Source: Caulobacteraceae bacterium (GTDB lineage: Bacteria > Pseudomonadota > Alphaproteobacteria > Caulobacterales > Caulobacteraceae). Taken from it: 64,000 nt of DNA. Each line of letters starts with the position of its first letter. Positions within the stretch are counted from its first letter, which is position 1. Location: assembly GCA_947475735.1 (NCBI GenBank), contig CANJLQ010000014.1, positions 51,751 to 115,750 of the forward strand, in the 5' to 3' direction. The notes beneath the pieces were generated by a model that saw only the letters and a program-made list of their open reading frames with translations, was not told the DNA's origin and made no database searches. Of this stretch, positions 48,150 to 58,058 are shown in pieces. Made by a program: the position numbers and the translations under genes.

Positions 48150-49910
48150 ATGGGTGGGGCTATCGACACATCGGCCAACGGCTGGGCCATGATCGCTCAG
48201 GTCCGGTTCCGGGAGCTGAAGACCCGGATCGGCATGGCGTGTTTCATCGCGCTCACGGCCTGGTTTCTCACCCGTGGCAACTGGCCGGCGGTCTGGCTCG
48301 GCATCGTGCTGGCCAGCCAACTTCTGGACTGGTTGGTGTTTCGCTCGCTTCGTCTCAAGCCCGACCAGGTCCCATCGAGAGCCTACAAGGCGGCCTTGTG
48401 CGCGATGGCGGCGCTCAACGTCCTGGTCTATTCGAGTATCGCGGCCTACCTCTGGATGGCTGGCGGCGACGAGGGCCGTGTGTTCGCCATGATCCAGGTG
48501 GCCGGCGGATTGCTGCACGTCAGTCTGCACATGCACCATGTCCGGCCGCTGCTTTTCTCGGCCGTGGTCCCTCACAGCCTTTATTTCCTGGGCCTGCCGA
48601 TCATCGACGCCATCGCCACGCGGCGGCCCGAGGGCGCGCTGATCGCCATCGGCGGCGTGCTCTACATGATGCATCTGGTCGTCGCGGTCCGTCAGAGTTC
48701 GTCCACGACCAAGGCCCTGCAGGACGCCAATGACGAGGCCCAGGCCCAGCGTGCCAAGGCCGAGATCGCCAGCGCCGCCAAATCGGACTTCCTGGCGGTC
48801 ATCAGTCACGAGATTCGCACGCCGATGAACGCCGTGATCTCGGCGGCCAATCTGCTCCGCCGCACCCGTCTGGACCGCGAGCAACGCGAACACGTCTCCA
48901 TGCTGCTGGACGCGGGCGACGTCCTGGTCGGCCTGCTGAACGACGTGCTGGACCTGTCCAAGATCGAGGCCGGCAAGATGCAGCTGGAGGCGTCCGAGGT
49001 CGATCTGCGCGACAAGCTGACCTCGCTCGGCCGACTGTGGCAGCCCAAGGCCGAGGCCAACGGCGTGCGCCTGAATATCGAGGTGGACCCGACCGTCCCC
49101 GCCTGCATCCGCACCGACCCGCTGCGGTTCCAGCAGATGCTGTTCAACCTGCTGTCCAATGCGGTCAAGTTCACCGAAGTGGGCACGATCACCGTTTCGG
49201 TCGACTGGCACGCGCCGGACGACCGCCTGATCGTCGCGGTCTCGGACACGGGCTGCGGCATCCCGCCCGAGCGCCTGGCCCGCATCTTCGACAGCTTCGA
49301 GCAGGCCGACATCGGCACCACGCGCAAGTACGGCGGGACCGGGCTGGGTCTGGCCATCAGCCGCCGGCTGGCCGAGATGATGGGGGGGCGTCTGACGGCG
49401 GAAAGCACCGTGGGCGAAGGGTCGGTCTTCACCCTCAGCCTGCCGGTCCAGCCGGTGGTCAAGGCGGTGCCCGCGCCCCGGAACACTTCGATCGACGAGA
49501 CCAGCCTGCGCGGACGTGTGATCCTGGCGGCGGACGATCACGCCGTGAACCGTCGTATCCTGTCGCTGCTGCTGGAGCCGCACGGCTGCACCCTGGTGCT
49601 GGTCGAGAACGGGGCCGAGGCGGTCGAGGCCGCCATGACCCAGGCGTTCGACGCCGTCTTGATGGACATGCAGATGCCGGTCATGGATGGGCTGACGGCG
49701 GCGGCGCGTATCCGGGCCGAGGGGCAGAACCGCCGCACTCCGGTGATCGCCCTGACCGCCAATGCCATGGACGTGCACCGGGCGGCGTGGGACGCGCTGG
49801 GCGTGCATGCCTTCCTGACCAAGCCGATCGACCCGACGCTGCTGGCCGCCACCCTGGCTGAGGCCTGCGCGGTCGTCGAAGCGAACGTGGCCTCGGCGGC
49901 CGTCGCCTAG
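48150..49910 (+). CDS. Membrane-bound hybrid sensor histidine kinase/response regulator
   Basis: Multi-TM N-terminus, HisKA H-box [18 protein letters not shown], HATPase G-boxes (DTGCGI, GGTGLGL), and a REC domain ([14 protein letters not shown]...DMQMPVMDG). No Hpt domain. Confidence 0.88.
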   Translation: MGGAIDTSANGWAMIAQVRFRELKTRIGMACFIALTAWFLTRGNWPAVWLGIVLASQLLDWLVFRSLRLKPDQVPSRAYKAALCAMAALNVLVYSSIAAYLWMAGGDEGRVFAMIQVAGGLLHVSLHMHHVRPLLFSAVVPHSLYFLGLPIIDAIATRRPEGALIAIGGVLYMMHLVVAVRQSSSTTKALQDANDEAQAQRAKAEIASAAKSDFLAVISHEIRTPMNAVISAANLLRRTRLDREQREHVSMLLDAGDVLVGLLNDVLDLSKIEAGKMQLEASEVDLRDKLTSLGRLWQPKAEANGVRLNIEVDPTVPACIRTDPLRFQQMLFNLLSNAVKFTEVGTITVSVDWHAPDDRLIVAVSDTGCGIPPERLARIFDSFEQADIGTTRKYGGTGLGLAISRRLAEMMGGRLTAESTVGEGSVFTLSLPVQPVVKAVPAPRNTSIDETSLRGRVILAADDHAVNRRILSLLLEPHGCTLVLVENGAEAVEAAMTQAFDAVLMDMQMPVMDGLTAAARIRAEGQNRRTPVIALTANAMDVHRAAWDALGVHAFLTKPIDPTLLAATLAEACAVVEANVASAAVA

Positions 49911-50977
49911 GCCCACAGCGCCGACGCGGCCTTCAGATCGATCACCGTCGCGGGCGCGGGGTTCCCGACCACGCCGTCGAACCGGGGCGCCGGGGCGGGC
50001 TGGACCGGATCACCGCTCAGCGTCTGGCGCGCCAGGTTGTGCGGGTGACCGGCCGCTTCTTCGAAGCTCAGAACCGGCGTGACGCAGGCCTCCGTGCCGC
50101 GAAACCGATCCTCCCATTCGCCGCGTGAGCGTTCCGCGAACGCGCGTTCGAATCTCAGGTGCAGGGCCGGCCAGCCGCTGGGCGGGAACTGGGGCGCTTC
50201 GACCGGATCGATGCCCAGCCCGGCCAGCAAGGCCGCATAGAAGCGCGGCTCCAGCGCTCCGACCGCGACGAAACCCCCGTCAGCGCAGGCATAGCAGCGA
50301 TAGAAGGGTGCGCCGCCGTCCAGCAGGTTCGTTCCCCGCTCTGCCGACCACAGGCCGCTGGCTCCGAGCGCATGGAACAGGCTGGACAGGAGCGAGGTCC
50401 CATCGGTCATGGCGGCGTCCACGACCCGGCCCAGGCCCGTGCGTCGGGCCTCGATCACGCCCGCCAGGACGCCGGTGACCAGCATCATCGCCCCGCCTCC
50501 ATAGTCCCCGACCAGGTTCAGCGGCGGGCGCGGCGGGCGGTCGGGCTCGCCCATGGCATGAAGCGCCCCGGTCAGCGCGATGTAGTTGATGTCGTGGCCG
50601 ACGGTAGAGGCGAGCGGCCCGGTCTGGCCCCAGCCGGTGACCCGGCCGAAAACCAGGCGGGGGTTGCGGGCCTGACAGTCCTCGGGCCCGAGACCCAGCC
50701 GCTCCAGCACGCCCGGCCGAAAGCCCTCGATCACCGCATCGGCGCGGGCGACCAGGTCGAGGACCGTGGTCCGGTCCTCGGGCGATTTCAGATCGACCGG
50801 AACCGCCGTCCGGCCGCGATGCAGCACCGCTCCGCCGACGTCGCCGAAGGCCGACGCCTGGTCCGCGCGGGTCAGACGCAGCACCTCGGCCCCCAGGTCG
50901 GCCAGCATCATGCCGGCCAGGGTCACCGGACCCAGACCGTCGAACTCGACGATGCGCACCCCTGCCAGTGGCTTCAT
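49907..50977 (-). CDS. Family III CoA-transferase (CaiB/BaiF; alpha-methylacyl-CoA racemase-like)
   Basis: MKPLAGVRIVEFDGLGPV..AGMMLADLGAEVLRL, GHDINYIA. Confidence 0.85.
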   Translation of the reverse strand: MKPLAGVRIVEFDGLGPVTLAGMMLADLGAEVLRLTRADQASAFGDVGGAVLHRGRTAVPVDLKSPEDRTTVLDLVARADAVIEGFRPGVLERLGLGPEDCQARNPRLVFGRVTGWGQTGPLASTVGHDINYIALTGALHAMGEPDRPPRPPLNLVGDYGGGAMMLVTGVLAGVIEARRTGLGRVVDAAMTDGTSLLSSLFHALGASGLWSAERGTNLLDGGAPFYRCYACADGGFVAVGALEPRFYAALLAGLGIDPVEAPQFPPSGWPALHLRFERAFAERSRGEWEDRFRGTEACVTPVLSFEEAAGHPHNLARQTLSGDPVQPAPAPRFDGVVGNPAPATVIDLKAASALWA

Positions 50978-51074
50978 TCGTCCTGCCTTCTTGATCCGCG
51001 GGGTTGACCCCGGACCGGTGATGAACCAGAAGGCGCAACCGCGAAACAGCCAGTCCGTTTCCCGGTCGTGGTGC

Positions 51075-51151
51075 GCGTCCTTAGCTCAGTTGGTTAGAGC
51101 ATCTGACTTTTAATCAGAGGGTCCTCGGTTCGAGCCCGAGAGGACGTACCA
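51075..51151 (+). tRNA. tRNA-Lys (anticodon UUU)
   Basis: Hand-folded cloverleaf. Acceptor GCGTCCT/AGGACGT, D-arm GCTC-AGTTGGTTA-GAGC, anticodon arm TCTGA-CTTTTAA-TCAGA, variable GGGTC, T-arm CTCGG-TTCGAGC-CCGAG, discriminator A and encoded CCA. Confidence 0.93.
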
Positions 51152-51201
51152 CCGGTCCGCGATTCGTGGACATCCGCCCTGGGCGGCCTATGATCCGCGT
51201 C

Positions 51202-51753
51202 ATGAACCTTCGTCTTCCCGCTGGGATTTTACTCGGCATCCTGGGTCTGTCGGCCCTGACGGGCGGCTGTTCGGCGGCGCGGCAGATCGGCGGCGGGTTC
51301 GGCGAAGCCGCGTCCCAGCCCCTGGTCGATCTGAACGTGCGGCGCGAGCAGATTCCCACCGTCCTGTTGCAGGCCCAGGCCAACCCTTACGATCGGCGAA
51401 ACCTCAGCCAGTGCGCCCCCATTCGGGCGGAGGTCATCCGGCTCGATGAGGCGCTGGGCCCCGACCGGGACGAGCCGCCGGCGCCCGACAGCCCGACCCT
51501 GAACGAACGCGCGCAGGACGCCCTGGCCGAGGCCGCGCTGGACGCGATCCGCGACGCGACCACCGACTTCATCCCCTATCGCAGCTGGGTCCGACAGCTG
51601 TCGGGTGCCCAGGCGCGGTCGCGGGCGGTGCAGGACGCGGTCGAGGCCGGCCGGCTGCGTCGGGCCTATCTGAAGGGATTGGGCATGCGGGCCAACTGTC
51701 CGCCGCCGGCCTCTCCCGCCTGGTTCCGGCCGACAGGGGCGTCGCGGCGCTAG
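51202..51753 (+). CDS. Putative lipoprotein, unknown function
   Basis: [23 protein letters not shown] lipobox. Start at the internal ATG 51202. Confidence 0.55.
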   Translation: MNLRLPAGILLGILGLSALTGGCSAARQIGGGFGEAASQPLVDLNVRREQIPTVLLQAQANPYDRRNLSQCAPIRAEVIRLDEALGPDRDEPPAPDSPTLNERAQDALAEAALDAIRDATTDFIPYRSWVRQLSGAQARSRAVQDAVEAGRLRRAYLKGLGMRANCPPPASPAWFRPTGASRR

Positions 51754-52862
51754 TTCGACTGGTGCCGGGCGTGGAAGTCACGGCGGAATTGCTCGAACCG
51801 ACCGGCCCCGATCGCCTCGCGCATCGCCGCCGTCAGGGCCTGGAAGAAGGCGATGTTGTGCCAGCTCAGCAGGGTCTTGCCCAGGATCTCGTCGGCGCGG
51901 ATCAGGTGGTGCAGATAGGCCTTGGAATGCTGCGATGACGCCGGGCAGGGGATCGTCGGGTCCAGCGGCTCGGCATCCTCGGCGAAGCGCGCGTTCTTCA
52001 GGTTGATCGGCCCGTCCCAGGTCCAGGCCTGGCCGTGGCGGCCGGCGCGGGTCGGCAGGACGCAGTCGAACATGTCCACGCCGCGCCAGACGGCCTCGAC
52101 AAGGTCGATGGGCTTGCCCACGCCCATCAGATAGCGCGGACGGTCGGCGGGCAGCATGTCGGGGGCGTAGTCGAGGACCTCGCACATCGCCTGGTGGCCC
52201 TCGCCGACGGCCAGGCCGCCGATGGCATATCCGTCGAAGCCGATCTCGATCAGGCGCTCGGACGACTCGCGGCGCAGGCCCTCGTAGGTCGAGCCCTGCT
52301 GGATGCCGAACAGGGCCTGGGTATCGCGCGTGCCGAAAGCGGCCTTGGAGCGGGCACCCCAGCGGGCGGACAGCTCCATCGCGGCGCGCGCGCGAGGCTC
52401 CTCCGCGGGCCAGGACACGCATTCGTCCAGCTGCATGACGATGTCGGCGCCGATCCGGTCGGCCTGGATCTCGATCGACCGTTCCGGCGACAGGATGTGT
52501 TTGGAGCCGTCGATGTGGCTGGAGAAGGTGACCGCGTCTTCCTTGACCTTGGAGATGCCGGCCAGCGACATGACCTGGAAGCCTCCGCTGTCCGTCAGGA
52601 TCGGCCTGTCCCAACCCATGAAGCGGTGCAGTCCACCCAGACGCTCCATCCGCTCCGGGCCGGGGCGCAGCATCAGGTGATAGGTGTTGCCCAGCAGGAT
52701 GTCGGCGCCGGTCGAAGCGACCTGATCGACGGTCATGGCCTTGACCGTCGCGGCCGTCCCCACAGGCATGAAGGCAGGCGTACGGATGTCGCCGCGCGGC
52801 GTCCGCAGCACGGCGGAGCGGGCACGGCCGTCTGTGGCGGTGATGTCGAAAGGGAAGGGCAT
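51750..52862 (-). CDS. tgt: tRNA-guanosine(34) transglycosylase
   Basis: [28 protein letters not shown], and the zinc site CDC..C... motifs. Confidence 0.95.
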   Translation of the reverse strand: MPFPFDITATDGRARSAVLRTPRGDIRTPAFMPVGTAATVKAMTVDQVASTGADILLGNTYHLMLRPGPERMERLGGLHRFMGWDRPILTDSGGFQVMSLAGISKVKEDAVTFSSHIDGSKHILSPERSIEIQADRIGADIVMQLDECVSWPAEEPRARAAMELSARWGARSKAAFGTRDTQALFGIQQGSTYEGLRRESSERLIEIGFDGYAIGGLAVGEGHQAMCEVLDYAPDMLPADRPRYLMGVGKPIDLVEAVWRGVDMFDCVLPTRAGRHGQAWTWDGPINLKNARFAEDAEPLDPTIPCPASSQHSKAYLHHLIRADEILGKTLLSWHNIAFFQALTAAMREAIGAGRFEQFRRDFHARHQSN

Positions 52863-52921
52863 GGGCGGCGGGTTCTAGAGGGTGGCGGGCGGCGAGTCTC
52901 CTCCGGAGCCCTGGCCGACCC

Positions 52922-53428
52922 CTACTTCACCTCGATCAGCTCGACCTTGAACAGCAAGGTGGAGTTGGGCGGCAGTTCGTCGCCGCCGACCCAGCGGTCG
53001 CCGTATCCCAGGGTCGCGGGAATTGCGAAATGGAAGGTCTCGCCCTCGCGCATCAGGGCCACGCCCTCGGTCCAGCCGCGAATGACGCGGTTCAGGGGAA
53101 ACTCGGCCGGCTCGCCCCGGTCGTAGGAGCTGTCGAACTTGCGGCCGTCGATGAAGGTGCCCTCGTAGTGGACACGGACGGTGTCGGTCGCCGTGGGCTG
53201 GCGACCCGACGGATTGGCGCGACCCTCGCGCCGGTACTGCAGGCCCGACGCGGTGGTGGTCCAGCCGCGGCGCGCGCCGTTCCATTCAAGGTATGCGGCC
53301 TGGCCGGCGACATAGGCTTCGGGGGTGGAGTACTGGGCGGGCGCGACCACGGGAGCAGGCGCGGACGCGCATGCGGTGCCGAGGACGAGCAGGGGGGCGA
53401 ATAGAGCGAGGGAAAGGGATCGGGTCAT
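52922..53428 (-). CDS. Secreted FKBP-type peptidyl-prolyl isomerase
   Basis: Signal peptide/lipobox LGTAC. VHYEGTFIDGRKFDSSYDRGEPAEFPLN.VI.GW.EG, IP..LGYG. Confidence 0.9.
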   Translation of the reverse strand: MTRSLSLALFAPLLVLGTACASAPAPVVAPAQYSTPEAYVAGQAAYLEWNGARRGWTTTASGLQYRREGRANPSGRQPTATDTVRVHYEGTFIDGRKFDSSYDRGEPAEFPLNRVIRGWTEGVALMREGETFHFAIPATLGYGDRWVGGDELPPNSTLLFKVELIEVK

Positions 53429-53468
53429 GCCGACAGGCTTAGCAGCGCGCCGGCCCCATGCGAAGCGG

Positions 53469-55094
53469 TCAGGCGGCGCGTCGATGCGAGGACTTGGGAG
53501 CGACCTTTTCAGCGCCCGGCTCCAGAGCCAGGGCGGCGTTCATGGCCATGCGCAGGCGTTCCGGCTTGATCGGCTTTTCCACCACGGCGGCCATGCCGAT
53601 CGACAGATAGTGTTTGGCGTCGTCCGGGTCGGCGTTGGCCGTCAGGGCGACGATGGGGATGGCGCTTTCCGGCCCGGTCAGGGCGCGGATGGCCTGGGTT
53701 GCCTGGACGCCGTCCATGCGGGGCATCTTGATGTCCATCAGGATCAGATCGAACGGCCGGGCCTGGACGGCCTCCAGCGCCTCCAGGCCATCCTCGGCGG
53801 TCTCGGAGGTGCAGCCGAACATCTCGCACAGGGCCTGGGCCACGACGCGGTTGGTGGCGTTGTCGTCGACGATCAGGACGTGCGGCGTCGCCTGGAGTTC
53901 CCAGTCGGGCAGGGACGAGACGTTGGTTGCCGCCTCAGCCGGGGCCATCGACAAGGGCGCGGTCAGGTCGAAGGCGAAGGTCGCCCCGCGGCCCTCGTTG
54001 TTTTCGGCCCAGATCCGTCCTTCCAGGCGCTCGATGATCTGGCGACAGATCGACAGCCCCAGCCCGGCCCCGTCGGGCCCCGAGCCGTGGACGAAGGGTT
54101 CGAAAATGGCGTCCACGCGATCGGCGTCCACGCCCGGGCCATCGTCGCGCACGCGCGCCTGCAAGTGCACCTTGCCGTTGTCCGACCAGGCCCGCAGGCT
54201 GGCCTCGACGACGCCGTTCCGGGCGAACTTCAGCGCATTGCCGATCAGGTTGTTGAACACCTGCTTCAGGCGGACGCCGTCGATCTCGGCGGCCAGTTCG
54301 GTGTCGCCTTCATAGCCGACCATCAGCCGGACCTGATCCTGTGATGCGCGCGGCGTCCACAGCTGCTCGATGTCGTCCATCAGCGACCGGAGCGGCGTCG
54401 ATGCCGGGTTCATCTCCAGCTCGCCGGCCTCGGCCCGCGACAGGTCCAGCGCGTCCTGGAGGATGCGCAGCAGGGTCTCGGAACTGTCGACGATGGTCTG
54501 GACGTGGGCGTGGGCGGCGTCGTTCAGCGGCTGGCGGCGCAGCAGTTCGGCGACGGCGAGCACGCCGTTCATGGGCGTGCGCAGTTCGTGGCTCATGATG
54601 GCCAGGAACTGGCTCTTGGCACGGGCGGAAGCGAGGGCCTGGGTGCGGCTGTCGGTAAGCTCGCGGGCCTGGTCGGCGAGTTCCTGATTGCGGTTGCGCT
54701 GCTCGGCGTTGACGGCCTGGAGCAGGCTGACGGCGGTACCGACGCCGCGATACCGCCCGTCGCGCGTGACGATGAAGCCCCGCATCAGGGTGCCGGGACC
54801 GCTCTTGACCAGGATGTCGCAGAAGGCGTCGATGCGGACGCCCGCGTCCACCACGGCGGGCTCGGTGTCCATGATCATGGACACCGGTCGATTGGCATAT
54901 AGCGCATGGCCGAAGGGACCGGCGATCTTTAGCAGGAAGGCATTGCGTTCGACGAGACCGATCGGACGGCCATCCTCGACGACCGGGATCACCAAAGTAT
55001 CGGGCTCAGCCTGGAACCGCGCGAAAATCTGGCCGGCGTTCGCCGAGGGGGCGACGGGCTCGGCACGTTCCGTCAGGATCTCGATGGTCGGCAT
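53469..55094 (-). CDS. Cytoplasmic hybrid sensor histidine kinase/response regulator with N-terminal CBS-like module
   Basis: CBS-like N-terminus (LVIPVVEDGRPIGLVERNAFL), H-box SQFLAIMSHELRTPMNGV, HATPase G-boxes, and REC (VLIVDDNATNR..DIKMPRMDG). No Hpt domain. Start at ATG 55094. Confidence 0.85.
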   Translation of the reverse strand: MPTIEILTERAEPVAPSANAGQIFARFQAEPDTLVIPVVEDGRPIGLVERNAFLLKIAGPFGHALYANRPVSMIMDTEPAVVDAGVRIDAFCDILVKSGPGTLMRGFIVTRDGRYRGVGTAVSLLQAVNAEQRNRNQELADQARELTDSRTQALASARAKSQFLAIMSHELRTPMNGVLAVAELLRRQPLNDAAHAHVQTIVDSSETLLRILQDALDLSRAEAGELEMNPASTPLRSLMDDIEQLWTPRASQDQVRLMVGYEGDTELAAEIDGVRLKQVFNNLIGNALKFARNGVVEASLRAWSDNGKVHLQARVRDDGPGVDADRVDAIFEPFVHGSGPDGAGLGLSICRQIIERLEGRIWAENNEGRGATFAFDLTAPLSMAPAEAATNVSSLPDWELQATPHVLIVDDNATNRVVAQALCEMFGCTSETAEDGLEALEAVQARPFDLILMDIKMPRMDGVQATQAIRALTGPESAIPIVALTANADPDDAKHYLSIGMAAVVEKPIKPERLRMAMNAALALEPGAEKVAPKSSHRRAA

Positions 55095-55245
55095 ACTGGG
55101 CCGAAACTCCCTGCTACTGTAGGACCTTAGACCACGACCGTTTTCAGAAAGGTTAAGTCGGCCCGCAGGGAATCCGAGCCCTTTGCCGCCTGTCACAAAA
55201 TCCTAGCGAACGAGGTTCAGCCTGGGTCAACGAGGGAGGTCACCA

Positions 55246-56013
55246 ATGATCCGTCTTCTGGCTCGACTGAGCGCGCCGGTGCTGGCCGCAGCCACCCTCG
55301 GCATGGCCACAGCGGCGCAGGCCCAGGATCGCCCCACCGTCGTGCTGGTGCACGGGGCCTGGGCCGATGGTTCCTGCTGGAGCGAGGTGATTCCCCATCT
55401 GCTGAGCGCCGGTCTGAAGGTCGTCGCGGTCCAGAACCCGCTGTCCAGCCTCGAAGCCGACGCGGCGACCGTCACGCGCGCCATCGAGGACCAGTCCGGT
55501 GACGTCGTTCTGGTCGGGCATTCCTACGGCGGGGTGGTGATCTCCGAGGCCGGAAACCATACGAAAGTCCAGTCCCTGGTCTATGTGGCGGCCTTCGCGC
55601 CCGGGCCGAACCAGTCGGTGAATACGATCCTGTCGGCCTTTCCTCAGCCTGAGTGGTTCAGCAGCCTGCACGCGGACGCTGGCGGCTGGGTCACCTGGCC
55701 GGCCGAGCCGATGGCGCGCTGGTTCTCGGCCGGACTGCCTGCGGAGCAGCAGGCGGTCCTGGCGGCGACCCAGCACCCGACCTTCTTCGGCGTCAATGAC
55801 AACGCGATCGGGGCCACGGCCGCATGGTCGACCAAGCCCACCCACTATGTGATCGCCGACGGGGACCAGATCATCCCCGCGCCGCTCCAGACCCATTTCG
55901 CGACCACGATGAACGCGACGGTGACCCACGCCGACGGGGGTCACCTGATCATGCTGGCCCAGCCCCGGGTCGTGGCGGACGCCATCATCGCAGCGGTCGA
56001 GGCAGCGGACTGA
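55246..56013 (+). CDS. Secreted alpha/beta hydrolase (esterase-like)
   Basis: Signal peptide ending AAQAQ, VVLVHGAW, and the canonical nucleophile elbow GHSYGG. Confidence 0.8.
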   Translation: MIRLLARLSAPVLAAATLGMATAAQAQDRPTVVLVHGAWADGSCWSEVIPHLLSAGLKVVAVQNPLSSLEADAATVTRAIEDQSGDVVLVGHSYGGVVISEAGNHTKVQSLVYVAAFAPGPNQSVNTILSAFPQPEWFSSLHADAGGWVTWPAEPMARWFSAGLPAEQQAVLAATQHPTFFGVNDNAIGATAAWSTKPTHYVIADGDQIIPAPLQTHFATTMNATVTHADGGHLIMLAQPRVVADAIIAAVEAAD

Positions 56014-56020
56014 GGCCTGT

Positions 56021-56440
56021 TCAGCCGCCGTTGGCCCGGTGGGCGATGGAGGCGGCGTCGGCCCAGATCTTTCCGCCGACCCACAGGCCGATGGAGGGGG
56101 TGACGTCGGTCACCTCCACCTCGGCATACAGGTCCGAGGTGATATAGGGGTCGCCCTTCATCACGCTCCACGCCTCGTCCACGTCGCCGGCGCGGACCAG
56201 GAAGTAGGAGCCGCTGAGCGCGGTCTCGCCGGGGCGGCGCATCGGCCCGGCGACGACGTAGCGGCGCCAGTTCGCCTCGACGTGGGCCAGATGACCCTCC
56301 AGACGCTCGACCCGGCGGGCCGGGGCGTCGGGTCCGTCCTTGCACACGAACAGGAACAGCGGCGTCTGATCCTTGGGAACATGAGGCGGGCTGTCGTCGG
56401 GCTGGGGGGCGATCGGCTCTTGCATCGGTCGGGAATCCAT
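56021..56440 (-). CDS. YciI-family (dimeric alpha/beta-barrel) protein
   Basis: LFLFVCKDGPDA...R...HL.H......VVAGP..., DPY pattern. Start ATG 56440 (alternative 56425). Confidence 0.7.
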   Translation of the reverse strand: MDSRPMQEPIAPQPDDSPPHVPKDQTPLFLFVCKDGPDAPARRVERLEGHLAHVEANWRRYVVAGPMRRPGETALSGSYFLVRAGDVDEAWSVMKGDPYITSDLYAEVEVTDVTPSIGLWVGGKIWADAASIAHRANGG

Positions 56441-56447
56441 CGGCAAA

Positions 56448-56465
56448 TGGTATAGACTTATACCA
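56448..56465. promoter_or_regulatory. Perfect palindrome TGGTATA-GACT-TATACCA in the 41-bp YciI/MFS divergent gap (site 1 of 2)
   Basis: Read directly at 56448-56465. 16/18 identical, with an identical AAA 5-prime flank, to 61374-61391. Either an operator or a bidirectional extended -10 (TGnTATAGA / TGnTATAAG). Confidence 0.6.
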
Positions 56466-56481
56466 ACTGATCGGGACGGGC

Positions 56482-57795
56482 ATGCAAGCACAGTCTGGGG
56501 CGAAAGCCGGGTACGGCGAGTTCAAGCTGGGCTGGCCCGTGGTGCTGTCGGCCATGCTGGGCATCGGGCTCGGCCTGTCGCCCCTGCCGTTCTACACCAT
56601 CGGCATCCTGGCGCCCGAGCTGGCCAAGGAGTTCGGCTGGGGCTTCGCCGAGATCCTGGGCGGCCTGCCGATCATGACCTTCGCCGTGCTGATCGCCAGC
56701 CCCCTGGTCGGGCTGCTGGCGGACCGGATCGGCGTGCGAACGGTCGCGCTCGTGTCGCTGCTGCTGTTCGGCCTGGCCTTCGCGGGGTTCGCGGCCAACA
56801 CCGGCGACATCCGCATGTTCTATGCGACCTGGGGGATCATGGCCCTGGTCGGGGCGGGGACCCTGCCGGTGACCTGGACCCGGGCGGTGAACAACCGGTT
56901 CGACATCCACAAGGGCCTGGCGCTGGGTCTGTCCCTGGTCGGGACCGGCCTGTTCGGCTTCGCGTGCAAGCCCTACACCGCCTGGCTGGTCGAGGAATTC
57001 GGCTGGCGGGTGGCCTATCTGGGCGTCGCCGCCCTGCCGCTCTTGGTCGCCCTGCCGATCGCCTTCATCTTCTTCCACGACGTGGGCGGGCGCACGGTGA
57101 CGGCGGCCGAGCGGCGCGTGGCGGACGCCGAACGCAAGGCCGTGACGCCTGGCCTCAGCTTTGGGCAGGCGCTGAAAGACTGGCGCTTCTGGGTGCTGGC
57201 GGTGGCCTTCGTGCCGATCAGCTTCGCGGTCGGCGGGCCGATCCCGAACATCGAGAACATCCTTCGGTCCAACGGCTTCGAGGCGGGGGACGTGGTCACA
57301 CTGGCGTCGCTGATCGGCCTGTCCGTGATCGGAGGGCGGTTGTTGGGCGGCTGGCTGATCGACCGCATCTGGGCGCCCGGCGTCGCCTTCGTGCTGTTGA
57401 GCGCGCCGGCCGTGGCCTGCTGGCTGCTGGCTCAGGGGACGACCGACCCGGTCATCGCGGGCCTGTCGATCGTGCTGATCGGCTTCGCGGCGGGGGTCGA
57501 ATACGACCTTATGGCCTTCATGGTGGCGCGCTATTTCGGGCTGAAGAGCTACGGCGGCATCTATGGAGCGCTTTACGGCTTCTTCGCCCTGGGCGCGGGG
57601 ATCGGGCCGGTGATCTTCGGCCAGTATTTCGACCGGACCGGCAGCTATGAGACCATCCTGCTATATTCGGCCGTGGGGCTGGTGGCGGGGGCGGCGCTGC
57701 TCTTGCTGATGGGCAAGTATCGGACCTTCGGCGGCGACAGGACCGAGGCCGTCGCAGCGGCGGAGCGGACGGCGGACCCGGACTTCGCGGCCTGA
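56482..57795 (+). CDS. MFS transporter
   Basis: 437 aa, 12 TM, D-R-x-G-x-R-like loop (LADRIGVRT). Confidence 0.85.
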   Translation: MQAQSGAKAGYGEFKLGWPVVLSAMLGIGLGLSPLPFYTIGILAPELAKEFGWGFAEILGGLPIMTFAVLIASPLVGLLADRIGVRTVALVSLLLFGLAFAGFAANTGDIRMFYATWGIMALVGAGTLPVTWTRAVNNRFDIHKGLALGLSLVGTGLFGFACKPYTAWLVEEFGWRVAYLGVAALPLLVALPIAFIFFHDVGGRTVTAAERRVADAERKAVTPGLSFGQALKDWRFWVLAVAFVPISFAVGGPIPNIENILRSNGFEAGDVVTLASLIGLSVIGGRLLGGWLIDRIWAPGVAFVLLSAPAVACWLLAQGTTDPVIAGLSIVLIGFAAGVEYDLMAFMVARYFGLKSYGGIYGALYGFFALGAGIGPVIFGQYFDRTGSYETILLYSAVGLVAGAALLLLMGKYRTFGGDRTEAVAAAERTADPDFAA

Positions 57796-57819
57796 GCGGC
57801 GGTTGGGCCCGAAGCGTGT

Positions 57820-58054
57820 CATCACAGCGAGCACAGCGAGCACAGCGGGTTCACAGCGGACATGGCGGGACCGAGCGGACGGTCAGATCGCCGACCGCGA
57901 AACCGTGAACACGGAAAGAATGCGGCTGCGCCGCGATGATTGATCGACGCCTGGCGTCGATCCTGAAAACGCGAAAGGTGGGCGTCAAAGGCCGATGTGG
58001 ACCTGGGCGCGGTCCCGCCGTGTCCGCTGTGAACCCACTGTGGTCGCCGTGATG
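57820..58054. repeat. 235-bp structured intergenic element with 45-54-nt imperfect terminal inverted repeats (MITE/REP-like)
   Basis: The left arm 57820-57873 pairs with the right arm 58010-58054. The core 27 nt (57847-57873 versus 58010-58036) is 26/27 complementary. The extended arms are 41/45 complementary, with one extra 9-nt unit (AGCACAGCG) on the left. Nested perfect palindrome GATCGACGCC-T-GGCGTCGATC at 57942-57962. Confidence 0.7.
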
Positions 58055-58058
58055 AACC

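Noticed and set aside
51075-51800. tRNA-Lys as a possible genomic-island integration site
   Set aside because: No integrase gene, no direct repeat of the tRNA 3-prime end and no compositional shift appear downstream. The neighbours (a lipoprotein and tgt) look like core genes.
57821-57849. Three tandem CACAGCG(A/G)G units, which could be mistaken for a mini-array or CRISPR-like repeat
   Set aside because: The units are only 9 nt, have no spacers and number just three. They form part of the left arm of the inverted-repeat element. No cas genes are present, and there is no repeat-spacer periodicity anywhere in the window.
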